A DNA stretch of 21,513 bases from Breznakia blatticola (GTDB taxonomy: Bacteria; Bacillota_I; Bacilli_A; Erysipelotrichales; Erysipelotrichaceae). Both the position numbers and the translations under genes were made by a program. Below, piece after piece: positions 1-7,477 of the stretch; the stretch's first letter is position 1, and each line of letters starts with the position of its first letter. The stretch covers positions 1 to 21,513 of the forward strand of contig NZ_SODD01000041.1 in assembly GCF_004365815.1 (NCBI RefSeq), read 5' to 3'. The notes under the pieces were generated by a model, which worked only from the letters and a program-made list of their open reading frames with translations, was not told where the DNA came from and made no database searches.

Positions 1-93
1 TTACCATCACAAGAAATGCTTTAAAGACACATAAATTATTCAGTACTTATCAGTGATTTATCGAGACTTGGTATGCACTGGTTGAATTAAGCC
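1..93. repeat. Left arm of a perfect terminal inverted repeat (93 bp; 95 bp if tt at 94-95 is included)
   Basis: I reverse-complemented 1-93 base by base and it equals 21421-21513 with 0 mismatches and 0 indels. The arm begins at window base 1. It carries the last 17 codons plus TGA (3-56) of an ORF entering from outside the window (...TITRNALKTHKLFSTYQ*). Confidence 0.97.
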
Positions 94-131
94 TTAAGGA
101 TTATAAATTCTACTTACTACTAATTTACGTT

Positions 132-1526
132 TTGGCTGCTACAGCTTTTGTTGCTCAAACATTCATTTCAAAGCTAATCCCTTTGAAATATATAGCTGTA
201 GTTGCTGTTATACTACTTTTGTTAGGACTAGCATTTTGGTTCTTATTATTCAGCAAAAGAATTAATAAATTTAATCGAGCGTTCGGTGTGTTTCTTACAG
301 TTGTACTTGCAATAAGTATGGTTGTTGGAAATGTATATTTGTATTCAACATATAGTGCACTAGGCAGTATAGCAAGTGATGATGATAAAGAAATTGGTAT
401 TTCAATTGTTGTATTAAAAGATTCAAGGTATAAAACAATAGAAGATTTAGATGGACAACCATTTGGTCGAGCAACTAACTTGCCTGATACAAATGTTGAT
501 AAAGTACAAGAAGAGTTATCACAAACATATAGTGACACTCTTGAAATGAAAAATTACGAAAGTGTAAATGATTTTGCTGATGCTCTATACAACAAAGAAG
601 TTGAAGCTATCTTACTAAATGAAGGTAGTCGAGGTTTGTTTGATGAAAAGCATCCTAAATTCAACGAAGAAACTAGAGTGATTAAAACATTTAAGTATAC
701 AGAAGAAGCAGTTAATATTGCTAAACCAGTAGATGTGACAAAAGATCCATTTGTAATGTATGTGTCAGGTATTGATACATACGGATCAGTGCAAACGGTG
801 TCACGTACAGATGTAAATATGCTATTAGCAGTTAATCCAAATACACATCAAATATTGATTGTAAGTATCCCACGTGACTATTATGTGGCACAAACTTGTC
901 AAGGGGATGCTTTGGATAAACTTACACACACTGGAATCTTTGGTATAGATTGTAGTGTGAGTACACTAGAAAATTTCTTTGGTATGGACATTAACTATTA
1001 TGGTCGTGTCAATTTTTCAAGTTTAGTTGATATTGTTGATGCTTTAGGTGGTATCACAGTTAATTCGCCAGTTGCTTTTAGTGGTGGTGAATATTCGTTT
1101 GTTGCAGGGGAAAATCATATTAATGGAAATGAAGCGTTGGCTTTTGTACGTGAAAGGTATTCACTTAGTGGTGGAGATAACGATCGTGTGAAAAACCAAG
1201 CTCGAGTAATTTCGGGAATTATAGATAAAGCAACATCACCATCTATATTAACTGGATATGTTGGATTAATGAATTCACTATCAAATTCATTTCAACTTAA
1301 TATGACAAGTGATGAACTATCTTCACTTGTACAAATGCAATTGAATGATATGAAAGGTTGGAAAATCAACCAAGTAAGTGTTAGCGGATCAGGGGAAACA
1401 AACTGGAGTCCGGCAAATGGATTCAATTCGTATGTAATGCGACCAAATATGGACACAGTCGAATACGCAAAAGAACTAATACAAAAAGTGTTGAATGGGG
1501 AAATCATTGACGAAAGTCAATTATAG
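132..1526 (+). CDS. LytR-CpsA-Psr (LCP) family glycopolymer ligase (CpsA/Wzg-like), apparently missing its native 5' end
   Basis: LCP blocks are visible in the translation: FVMYVSGIDTYG, SRTDVNMLLAVNP, IVSIPRDYYV, DKLTHTGIFG, NGNEALAFVRERYSLSGGDNDRVKNQ. TM helices precede an extracytoplasmic domain, as in streptococcal CpsA. The start is unresolved. TTG132 has no SD and lies inside a hydrophobic helix. The frame is open back to 57 with no ATG, GTG or TTG, and TGA 54-56 lies inside the repeat. Confidence 0.85.
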   Translation: MAATAFVAQTFISKLIPLKYIAVVAVILLLLGLAFWFLLFSKRINKFNRAFGVFLTVVLAISMVVGNVYLYSTYSALGSIASDDDKEIGISIVVLKDSRYKTIEDLDGQPFGRATNLPDTNVDKVQEELSQTYSDTLEMKNYESVNDFADALYNKEVEAILLNEGSRGLFDEKHPKFNEETRVIKTFKYTEEAVNIAKPVDVTKDPFVMYVSGIDTYGSVQTVSRTDVNMLLAVNPNTHQILIVSIPRDYYVAQTCQGDALDKLTHTGIFGIDCSVSTLENFFGMDINYYGRVNFSSLVDIVDALGGITVNSPVAFSGGEYSFVAGENHINGNEALAFVRERYSLSGGDNDRVKNQARVISGIIDKATSPSILTGYVGLMNSLSNSFQLNMTSDELSSLVQMQLNDMKGWKINQVSVSGSGETNWSPANGFNSYVMRPNMDTVEYAKELIQKVLNGEIIDESQL

Positions 1527-1588
1527 AAAATACTCATTCATTATAATTGATATTAAGTAATGATTAATTATGCTTAATTTTATAAAGC

Positions 1589-1658
1589 AAAAGGATAGAT
1601 GAATATCAAGTTCATGTAGTAGTGAAAATGATACAAAACTATCCTTTTATCTTTTTTT
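1589..1658. terminator. Bidirectional hairpin terminator between the convergent LCP and Nudix-fusion genes
   Basis: aaaaggatag (1589-1598) pairs with ctatcctttt (1639-1648). An inner stem atgaa/ttcat sits in the loop. A T-run follows at 1652-1658, and an A-run on the other side serves the minus-strand gene. Confidence 0.55.
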
Positions 1659-1726
1659 GACATAGATGAATAATAAATTATTGTAGTTGCTTAATATTCT
1701 TGTAACAAAAAGAATGATTACTGTTA

Positions 1727-3871
1727 TTATTTATTATTCTTTAGTGCTTTTAATTTTGCATATGCGGCAAGGGTGAAACCATCAACAAGAACATCTGAAT
1801 GAATTAGTTTTTCGAATTCTGAAATAGATAGTATTTCAAAATCAATTATTCCTTCATGTTTCTCTAATTTTTTTGGAAAAGTATTCGTTTTACAATAAAA
1901 AACATTCGCTGCGTTATTTGTCACGCCGGTATCTGGGTATATTAAACCAAGATTTAAAATGGATTCTTGAGTGATACATATTCCAAGTTCTTCGTATACT
2001 TCTTTGGTTAAATTATCAATATTTGATAAACCACTTTCGTTAAAACCGCGAACAAATGCGTACTGATAGTCTCTGATACTATGTCTAAATTGTTTGAGTA
2101 TGATTAGACGGTTTTCAAATTCAACTATAGCTACACTTCCTGGATTTGATAATGAAAGCATTCTCTCATAAGCAAAAGGTCTACCATTTTCATCATAAAC
2201 CATATCAACTACAAGTGTATGAAATGGACTATGATAAATAACACCAATTTTTAGATTATTTTCAGTCTCAAAAGTTACTATTTTCTTGTAGTCACGCTCG
2301 ATATTAAAAATTCCAATATTTTTGAATAATTCTGGATTTTGGGCAACTAGCACCTCGTACTCCATCCATTCTTTAGATTTTGAATAATCATTAGATCTAA
2401 ATAATGATTTGTTATTCTTTGTTTGATCTTGTTTGAATCGAATGTTAATTTTCCTTATATGAAATCTAACGAAATCAACTACTATTTCAACAATGTTTCT
2501 TATACTTTCGATCACATCGGGTATTTTTGTAAAAGACTGAATAATCCATAAGAAAAATGCAGAAATTAATATAGTAAAGAATGATGACCAAAAAGCACTT
2601 TCAGTAAGGATCAGGTTTCCTAGAAATTGAAATGAATTGGCTAATTCGTCGGCGATAATCTCAAATTCTACTACCAATATGAAAGTTAATATAGAGAGAA
2701 GTATAAAAAAAATGAATTGAATTAATACTTGTAAAAGCCAAGAGAAGTTTGATATGAGTTTTGAAATAGGATTTTCCCAATCATATATTTTGTTTACATT
2801 CTTTCTGATTCGATATGCAGTATCCCAATGAATAGTATTGATATTTGGTTTATTTTTTTTAAACAAACGTTTTGTCGTAGCAGGTATCGAATAGTTTAAA
2901 TAATGCCAATCGATTTCATTACAATTGAATTTATCTCCTAACTCTACATGATTATTATAGTAGTCGTCTAATTTATTGCTAAAATCATTAATAAAAGTAA
3001 TATCTTTTATTGATTGATATGGTTTCAATAGATTTCCTATATTTTCTTGTACAGTATAATTGTATACCATATCTATGATAGATTTCGCCATAATTTTACT
3101 TGTTCCAGTTTGGTCAGTATTTAAAAGACTAATCCAGCTTGATCGATTATTTATGTGGTTTTGAGGTATTTTTGATCTTGCCTTCTTTAAAAGTACTATT
3201 GCATCTGACACTTCTTCAGGATAGTTAGTTTTAATTTGGTTTGAAAGCACAAGGTGTTCAACGTAGAACAAAAGTTCTGAGAAAGTAGTTAGTTTATTTG
3301 AATTTGGTACATATGTATTTAAATTTAAACTAATAGATATTATCATTTTTAGGTAGTTTATTATGTACTCCAATTTGCGTTCACGAGGAGTTTTTATTTT
3401 TGGGTTTCCGCGAGATGTGCGTTCGCGTTTAAGTTCGTCTTCCAATTCCTCAAAGCTATTATAAGTTAGTGCTTTCTTGATTTTTCTAAGTTCATTTATA
3501 TCGTTTGGAGAAACTGGTATTCCAGAAAATATAAAGGGGAAAATACTACATTGATCACCTTTTTCTAAATGTTCAATATTTCTATTTACGACTTCTTGGA
3601 TGTATTCTGAAGGTGAAGAATAATTATAATTTGCTACTTTGAGAACACCTAACTGAAATAACTGGAAAACATGCTTATAACTTGCTTCATCATGGAGCAA
3701 ACTTAAAAAAGATTGTGAGTCAGTTAACTGGTTTAGACTTAATACAATACAGTGTCCTTTATTAACGATTTCTTCATACATTTTTTCATGAGCTAGTATA
3801 ATTTCTTTAGCTGAGGAGTTTCTAACTGAGTCTAACTCAAATAGATAAATATTTTTACTAGATTTATTCAT
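1727..3871 (-). CDS. Fusion protein: ~375-aa N-terminal domain of unknown function + two-TM hairpin + C-terminal Nudix hydrolase domain (ADP-ribose/NDP-sugar pyrophosphatase-like)
   Basis: The 732-codon ORF is trimmed to ATG at 3871 (MNKSSKNIYLFELD...), preceded by AAGGAG with 7-nt spacing. The 23-residue Nudix box GFNESGLSNIDNLTKEVYEELGI (about 1979-2047) fits GX5EX7REUXEEXGU in exact length, with E16/E19/E20 kept, R15->K and E7->L. Upstream beta-strand region (GSVAIVEFENRLIILKQFR) and the C-terminal DGFTLAAYAKL resemble NudF/NudK-type enzymes. Two hydrophobic helices, WLLQVLIQFIFFILLSILTFILVV and AFWSSFFTILISAFFLWIIQSF, map to about 2533-2740. Confidence 0.75.
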   Translation of the reverse strand: MNKSSKNIYLFELDSVRNSSAKEIILAHEKMYEEIVNKGHCIVLSLNQLTDSQSFLSLLHDEASYKHVFQLFQLGVLKVANYNYSSPSEYIQEVVNRNIEHLEKGDQCSIFPFIFSGIPVSPNDINELRKIKKALTYNSFEELEDELKRERTSRGNPKIKTPRERKLEYIINYLKMIISISLNLNTYVPNSNKLTTFSELLFYVEHLVLSNQIKTNYPEEVSDAIVLLKKARSKIPQNHINNRSSWISLLNTDQTGTSKIMAKSIIDMVYNYTVQENIGNLLKPYQSIKDITFINDFSNKLDDYYNNHVELGDKFNCNEIDWHYLNYSIPATTKRLFKKNKPNINTIHWDTAYRIRKNVNKIYDWENPISKLISNFSWLLQVLIQFIFFILLSILTFILVVEFEIIADELANSFQFLGNLILTESAFWSSFFTILISAFFLWIIQSFTKIPDVIESIRNIVEIVVDFVRFHIRKINIRFKQDQTKNNKSLFRSNDYSKSKEWMEYEVLVAQNPELFKNIGIFNIERDYKKIVTFETENNLKIGVIYHSPFHTLVVDMVYDENGRPFAYERMLSLSNPGSVAIVEFENRLIILKQFRHSIRDYQYAFVRGFNESGLSNIDNLTKEVYEELGICITQESILNLGLIYPDTGVTNNAANVFYCKTNTFPKKLEKHEGIIDFEILSISEFEKLIHSDVLVDGFTLAAYAKLKALKNNK

Positions 3872-4045
3872 GGTATATCTCCTTTTTTCATCATACATTC
3901 TATATAGAAAATTACCAAAATGCAAAGGTATAAGTTGATGTTTTATGTTAGTGATATAATAAATCTCTTGAATCTTATTTCTACCTTGTCTAAAAACATA
4001 GTATTTTACCCTGTGATTGTATAGATATTATTATTCAGATAAATC

Positions 4046-4073
4046 TTGATAAATATAGAACATAAGTTATAAT
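4046..4073 (+). promoter_or_regulatory. Sigma-A-type promoter candidate for galE
   Basis: TTGATA (4046-4051), a 16-nt spacer, then TATAAT (4068-4073), about 65 nt upstream of galE. Confidence 0.5.
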
Positions 4074-4091
4074 TTAGGAGTCTAGATACTG

Positions 4092-4140
4092 AAAGGAGTG
4101 GCATGAAATGATACGATTGATTTCATGTGATATTATATGA
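4092..4140 (+). promoter_or_regulatory. galE leader: SD, 2-codon and 10-codon upstream ORFs, and a hairpin; the uORF stop overlaps the galE ATG
   Basis: AAAGGAG lies at 4092-4098. ATG 4103 gives MK*. ATG 4108 (9 nt after GGAG) gives MIRLISCDII* with TGA at 4138-4140, overlapping the galE ATG at 4137-4139 (ATATGA). catgaaat (4102-4109) pairs with atttcatg (4120-4127). galE itself has no SD in the 15 nt before its ATG. Confidence 0.35.
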
Positions 4141-5144
4141 AAATTTTAGTTACAGGTGGGTTAGGGTTTATCGGAAGTCATACATGTGTTGAATTATTGA
4201 ATAATGGATACGATGTAGTGGTTATTGATAACTTATATAACTCAAAAATTGAAGTAAAAGACTATATTAAAGAAATTACAGGAAAAGACATTGTTTTCTA
4301 TGAAGCGGATGTTTGTGATAAACAAGCGGTTGATAAAATCTTCGCAGAAAATGACATTGATGCAGTGATTCACTTTGCAGCGTACAAAGCAGTTGGAGAA
4401 TCTGTGCAAAAACCAATTGAATACTATCAAAACAACTTGGTCAGTACACTTACCCTTTGTGATGTTATGCGTAATCATGGTTGTAAGAACTTTGTATTCA
4501 GTTCTAGTGCAACGGTTTATGGTGATCCAGAAAGAGTGCCTATTGATGAAAAATGTGCTGTAGGGGCTACTACAAACCCATACGGGACTACAAAAGTTAT
4601 GATAGAACAAATTCTTAGAGATATTTATATTTCTGATAATGAGTGGAATGTTATCTTATTAAGATACTTTAATCCAATTGGTGCACACAATAGCGGATTG
4701 ATTGGTGAAAACCCTGTTGGTATTCCAAATAACATCATGCCTTACATCGCTATGGTGGCTAATAAAGAATTACCTGAACTTCACGTTTTTGGTGATGACT
4801 ATGATACACCTGATGGAACAGGAGTACGTGACTATATTCATGTGGTTGACTTAGCTAAAGGTCATGTAAAAGCCATGGATAAATTATCAAAAGATAAAGT
4901 TGGTGTTGATGCAATCAACTTAGGAACTGGAAACGGTTATAGTGTATTACAATTAGTTAAAGCATTTGAAGAAAGTAACGGTGTTGAAGTACCATATGTT
5001 ATTGATCCACGTAGAGCTGGTGATATTGCTACATGTTATGCGGCAACAGATAAGGCTAGAGAAGTACTTGGATGGGTTGCAGAAAAAGATATTAATGACA
5101 TGATGAAAGATTCATGGATGTTTATTCAAAACAGAAATAAGTAG
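4137..5144 (+). CDS. galE: UDP-glucose 4-epimerase
   Basis: 335 aa. N-terminal Rossmann motif MKILVTGGLGFIGSH, catalytic region SSSATVYG and YGTTK (YxxxK), and full-length GalE-like collinearity (HFAAYKAVGES, RYFNPIGAH, RDYIHVVDLA). Confidence 0.93.
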   Translation: MKILVTGGLGFIGSHTCVELLNNGYDVVVIDNLYNSKIEVKDYIKEITGKDIVFYEADVCDKQAVDKIFAENDIDAVIHFAAYKAVGESVQKPIEYYQNNLVSTLTLCDVMRNHGCKNFVFSSSATVYGDPERVPIDEKCAVGATTNPYGTTKVMIEQILRDIYISDNEWNVILLRYFNPIGAHNSGLIGENPVGIPNNIMPYIAMVANKELPELHVFGDDYDTPDGTGVRDYIHVVDLAKGHVKAMDKLSKDKVGVDAINLGTGNGYSVLQLVKAFEESNGVEVPYVIDPRRAGDIATCYAATDKAREVLGWVAEKDINDMMKDSWMFIQNRNK

Positions 5145-5192
5145 ACATAAAAATGGGAAAAAATGAGGCTGTAACGAATACAGTCACTAAAT

Positions 5193-5235
5193 AAAAAATG
5201 GAGCTGACCACATATAGTGGATAGCTCCATTTTTT
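5193..5235. terminator. Strong hairpin terminator inside the IS left end (also positioned to terminate galE transcripts)
   Basis: aaaaaatggagct (5193-5205) pairs with agctccatttttt (5223-5235), a 13-bp stem. An inner ccac/gtgg stem is present. The A-run/T-run flanks make it bidirectional. Confidence 0.6.
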
Positions 5236-5249
5236 GGTAAAATATGTTT

Positions 5250-6801
5250 ATGAATACACAAACAAATGAGACTCACAAATATACCCTTCCTCAGCAAGAA
5301 AAGTATACCACTAGATTTATCAATTAAAATTGATAAATCTAGTGATAAGCTTCAATGAAGTGATGGAAGGAATCAATCTAGCAAAGTACCTTGTGAAACA
5401 ACACAAAGGTAGACAAGAATATAATCCCTTCACGATGATAAAAGTTGTCCTATTTACTTATATGAATCAAATCTATTCTTTACGCAAAATTGAAAAAGCT
5501 ATACGAACGGACATACGCTTTATGTGGTTAGCCCAGGAAGAACAACCATCACATATGGCAATTAAACGCTTTATCGATGAAAAGTTAAGATATAATATCA
5601 AGAATATTTATCATGATGTATTAAATCGTATTATTGAACTTGATGAAGTAGATACATCGACTATATACATCGATGGAACAAAACTACAAGCAAATGCTAG
5701 AAAACTTAGTTTTGTGTGGAAAAAACTGCTATAAAAACTAGAGATAAAATATTTGCGAAGTTGAATGAAGATGTACATAAAATACAGGAGTACTTACCTA
5801 TGATACAGGAGAAGGATGTTTGGACATTGGAAGATGTTGATGAAATTAGAAGTCAATAAATTTCATTGTCTGAAAAGGATGGTATCACACACGTCTATGG
5901 CAAGGGAAAGAGAAAAACACCTATTCAACGCATCTATGATACATTAGATAAATACTATATAACTCTAGAAAGTTATCTTGAGCGTATAAGAATTTGCGGG
6001 GATCACAATAGTTATGGCAAGACGGATAACGATGCAACAACGATGCATTTTAAGGAAGATTATTATATGAAAACTGGTGTGTTTCATCCAGCATATAATA
6101 TACAAATTGGAGTGTCAGATGAATATATTATGCATGCAACGGTTCATCAAGATCGTTCTGATTAAAAAACATTCATTCCATTTTTAGAAGAATACAAGAA
6201 ATATCGTGGAATTAACGATTTAAAGAATGTCGTTGCGGATGCAGGGTATGGAAGTTATGACAATTAGTTTTACTGCTTAGAAAACAAGTTGAATAGTTAT
6301 ATTAAATACAACACCTATCGCATAGAGAAAACAGCAAAGTTTAAGAAGAAAATCTACAACAAAAATAACTTCGAAAGAAATGCGTGTGGTGAATACATCT
6401 GTCCAGAAGGAAAATTTTTCCACTATGCATTTGAAACGGAGGATAAAAGAAGCAAATATTATCGTATTAATGAATACTATGAAAGCGAGTGTGATGGATG
6501 TCTTGTGAAAGAGGAATGCACCAAAGCGAAAGGTAATAGAAAAATCACACATAATCCAGTACTACAAGAATTTCAAAAGAATGCAAAAACACTATTGGAT
6601 AGTGAAGATGCTATTCGTTTTAGAACGCAAAGATCCATACAAGTTGAGGGTGCGTTCGGAGTAATCGAACAAGACTTCGGTTATGAGAGAGTGCAACGAA
6701 TAGGGCTAAAAAACGTTAGAATGGAAGTTCTCTTGGTTTGTCTTGGATATAATCTAAAAAAATATCATAATAAGAAGCATAGACCGAACATATTAAACTA
6801 A
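5250..6801 (+). pseudogene. IS1182-family DDE transposase, multiply disrupted
   Basis: The fragments carry family-typical blocks: PLDLSIKI, GRQEYNPFTMIKVVLFTYMNQIYSLRKIEKAIRTDIRFMWLA, IYIDGTKLQANA, NVVADAGYGSYDN, and RSIQVEGAFGVIEQDFGYERVQRIGLKNV...LGYNLKKY. The frame is broken by +1 shifts near 5308 and 5344, a shift in the A6 run at 5720-5725, and in-frame stops TAA 5857-5859, TAA 6163-6165 and TAG 6265-6267. Confidence 0.85.
5309..5344. repeat. 36-bp perfect palindrome (17-bp arms, 2-nt centre) in the 5' coding part of the transposase
   Basis: cactagatttatcaatt (5309-5325), aa, then aattgataaatctagtg (5328-5344). I checked the arms by reverse complementation. Confidence 0.9.
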
Positions 6802-6840
6802 ACATTTTCAATCAAAATCTACATAGATGTTTTCATAATG

Positions 6841-6870
6841 CCTTAAATCCTGATATTTAAGGTGTTTTTT
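6841..6870 (+). terminator. Rho-independent terminator after the transposase ORF, inside the IS right end
   Basis: ccttaaat (6841-6848) pairs with atttaagg (6855-6862) across a 6-nt loop, followed by a T6 run at 6865-6870. Confidence 0.55.
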
Positions 6871-6960
6871 AATATTTTCGTCAAAGCTACAAAAAAAGGG
6901 GGCTGATAAACCCCATAGATCATAAACTAATCTATTTCGTTACAACCCCATTTTTATCTT

Positions 6961-6992
6961 TACGTATTGAAATACGTATAATATGATATAAT
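6961..6992 (+). promoter_or_regulatory. Promoter candidate for the 7007-21345 operon, with a palindromic operator-like site
   Basis: Extended -10 TGATATAAT at 6984-6992. TTGAAA at 6967-6972 is only 14 nt upstream of the -10 hexamer. An inverted repeat tacgtatt/aatacgta (6961-6978, 8-bp arms, 2-nt centre) covers the -35 position. It starts 4 nt after the inferred IS end. Confidence 0.45.
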
Positions 6993-7006
6993 ATCAAAGA
7001 GGAATT

Positions 7007-7477
7007 ATGAAAAAAGTAATGTTTATATCTAGCACAGGTGGTCATTTATCTGAGTTGTTGCAATTGCAACCTATTTTTGATGAATACGATTATCACATTG
7101 TTACTGAAAAAACTAAATCAAATATAAAGTTAATGGATAGATTCCCTAATCGTATTAGTTTTGTTAAATACGGAACAAAACACAATTTATTCACTTATTT
7201 TTTTATATTTCCATTTAATTGTATTCTATGCTTAATACTTTATATACGATTAAAGCCAGATGTAGTCGTATCTACTGGGGCTCATACAGGCATACCAATG
7301 TTATACATAGCGCATTTTTTTAAGAAAAAAGTAGTCTTTATTGAAACGTTTGCTAATATACGAACAAAATCTCTTTCTGGTAAGCTTGCTTACAAAATTG
7401 CTGACACTTTTATTGTGCAATGGGAAAGTATGCTTGAACTTTATCCAGATGCAATCTATGCGGGGTGGATATTCTAA
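7007..7477 (+). CDS. Alg14-like membrane subunit of a split glycosyltransferase (Cps14F/PssD-like)
   Basis: 156 aa. N-terminal MFISSTGGHLSELLQL motif typical of Alg14-family proteins, a central TM segment, and AGAGGA upstream. Paired with an Alg13-like gene through a TAATG overlap. Confidence 0.8.
   Translation: MKKVMFISSTGGHLSELLQLQPIFDEYDYHIVTEKTKSNIKLMDRFPNRISFVKYGTKHNLFTYFFIFPFNCILCLILYIRLKPDVVVSTGAHTGIPMLYIAHFFKKKVVFIETFANIRTKSLSGKLAYKIADTFIVQWESMLELYPDAIYAGWIF

Larger units (their letters stand above)
5147..6957 (+). mobile_element. Degenerate IS1182-family insertion sequence (~1.8 kb)
   Basis: It contains the broken transposase described below. The imperfect terminal inverted repeats are ataaaaatggg (5147-5157) against cccatttttat (6947-6957), exact 11-mers, and ggctgtaacgaata (5167-5180) against tatttcgttacaac (6933-6946), which share an exact tgtaacgaa core, with a 9-nt indel in the left end. 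No clear target-site duplication. The left end lies 2 nt after the galE stop codon. Boundaries are approximate. Confidence 0.7.

Noticed and set aside
94-95. Treating the repeat as definitely 95 bp (tt 94-95 / aa 21419-21420)
   Set aside because: A 2-nt extension has about a 1-in-16 chance expectation, higher in AT-rich DNA, and the right side is part of an A-run. I report 93 bp as certain and 95 bp as possible. This matters for the frame of the hypothetical LCP rejoin.
155-1507. Minus-strand ORFs 155-538 and 1292-1507 from the six-frame track
   Set aside because: They are fully nested antisense within the motif-rich LCP gene. They have no SD, and their low-complexity Ser/Leu/Ile-rich translations are typical of antisense frames in AT-rich DNA.
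1727-3871. Annotating the Nudix fusion as a known anti-phage defence system (CBASS/Thoeris/retron accessory)
   Set aside because: No cyclase, TIR, reverse transcriptase or other partner genes are adjacent. The context is a glycan locus, so defence remains only a hypothesis under the corresponding finding.
3872-3925. Track start codons further upstream for several genes (3925 for the Nudix fusion; 7465, 7920, 10688, 13971 and 17613 for + strand genes)
   Set aside because: The downstream ATG or GTG codons (3871, 7477, 7962, 10712, 13980, 17652) have properly spaced SD sequences and give canonical family N-termini. The longer versions would overlap upstream genes or lack an SD.
4242-4610. ORFs 4242-4610 (-) and 4375-4563 (+) inside galE
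   Set aside because: They are nested in alternative frames of a full-length, clearly recognisable GalE gene, with no independent signals.
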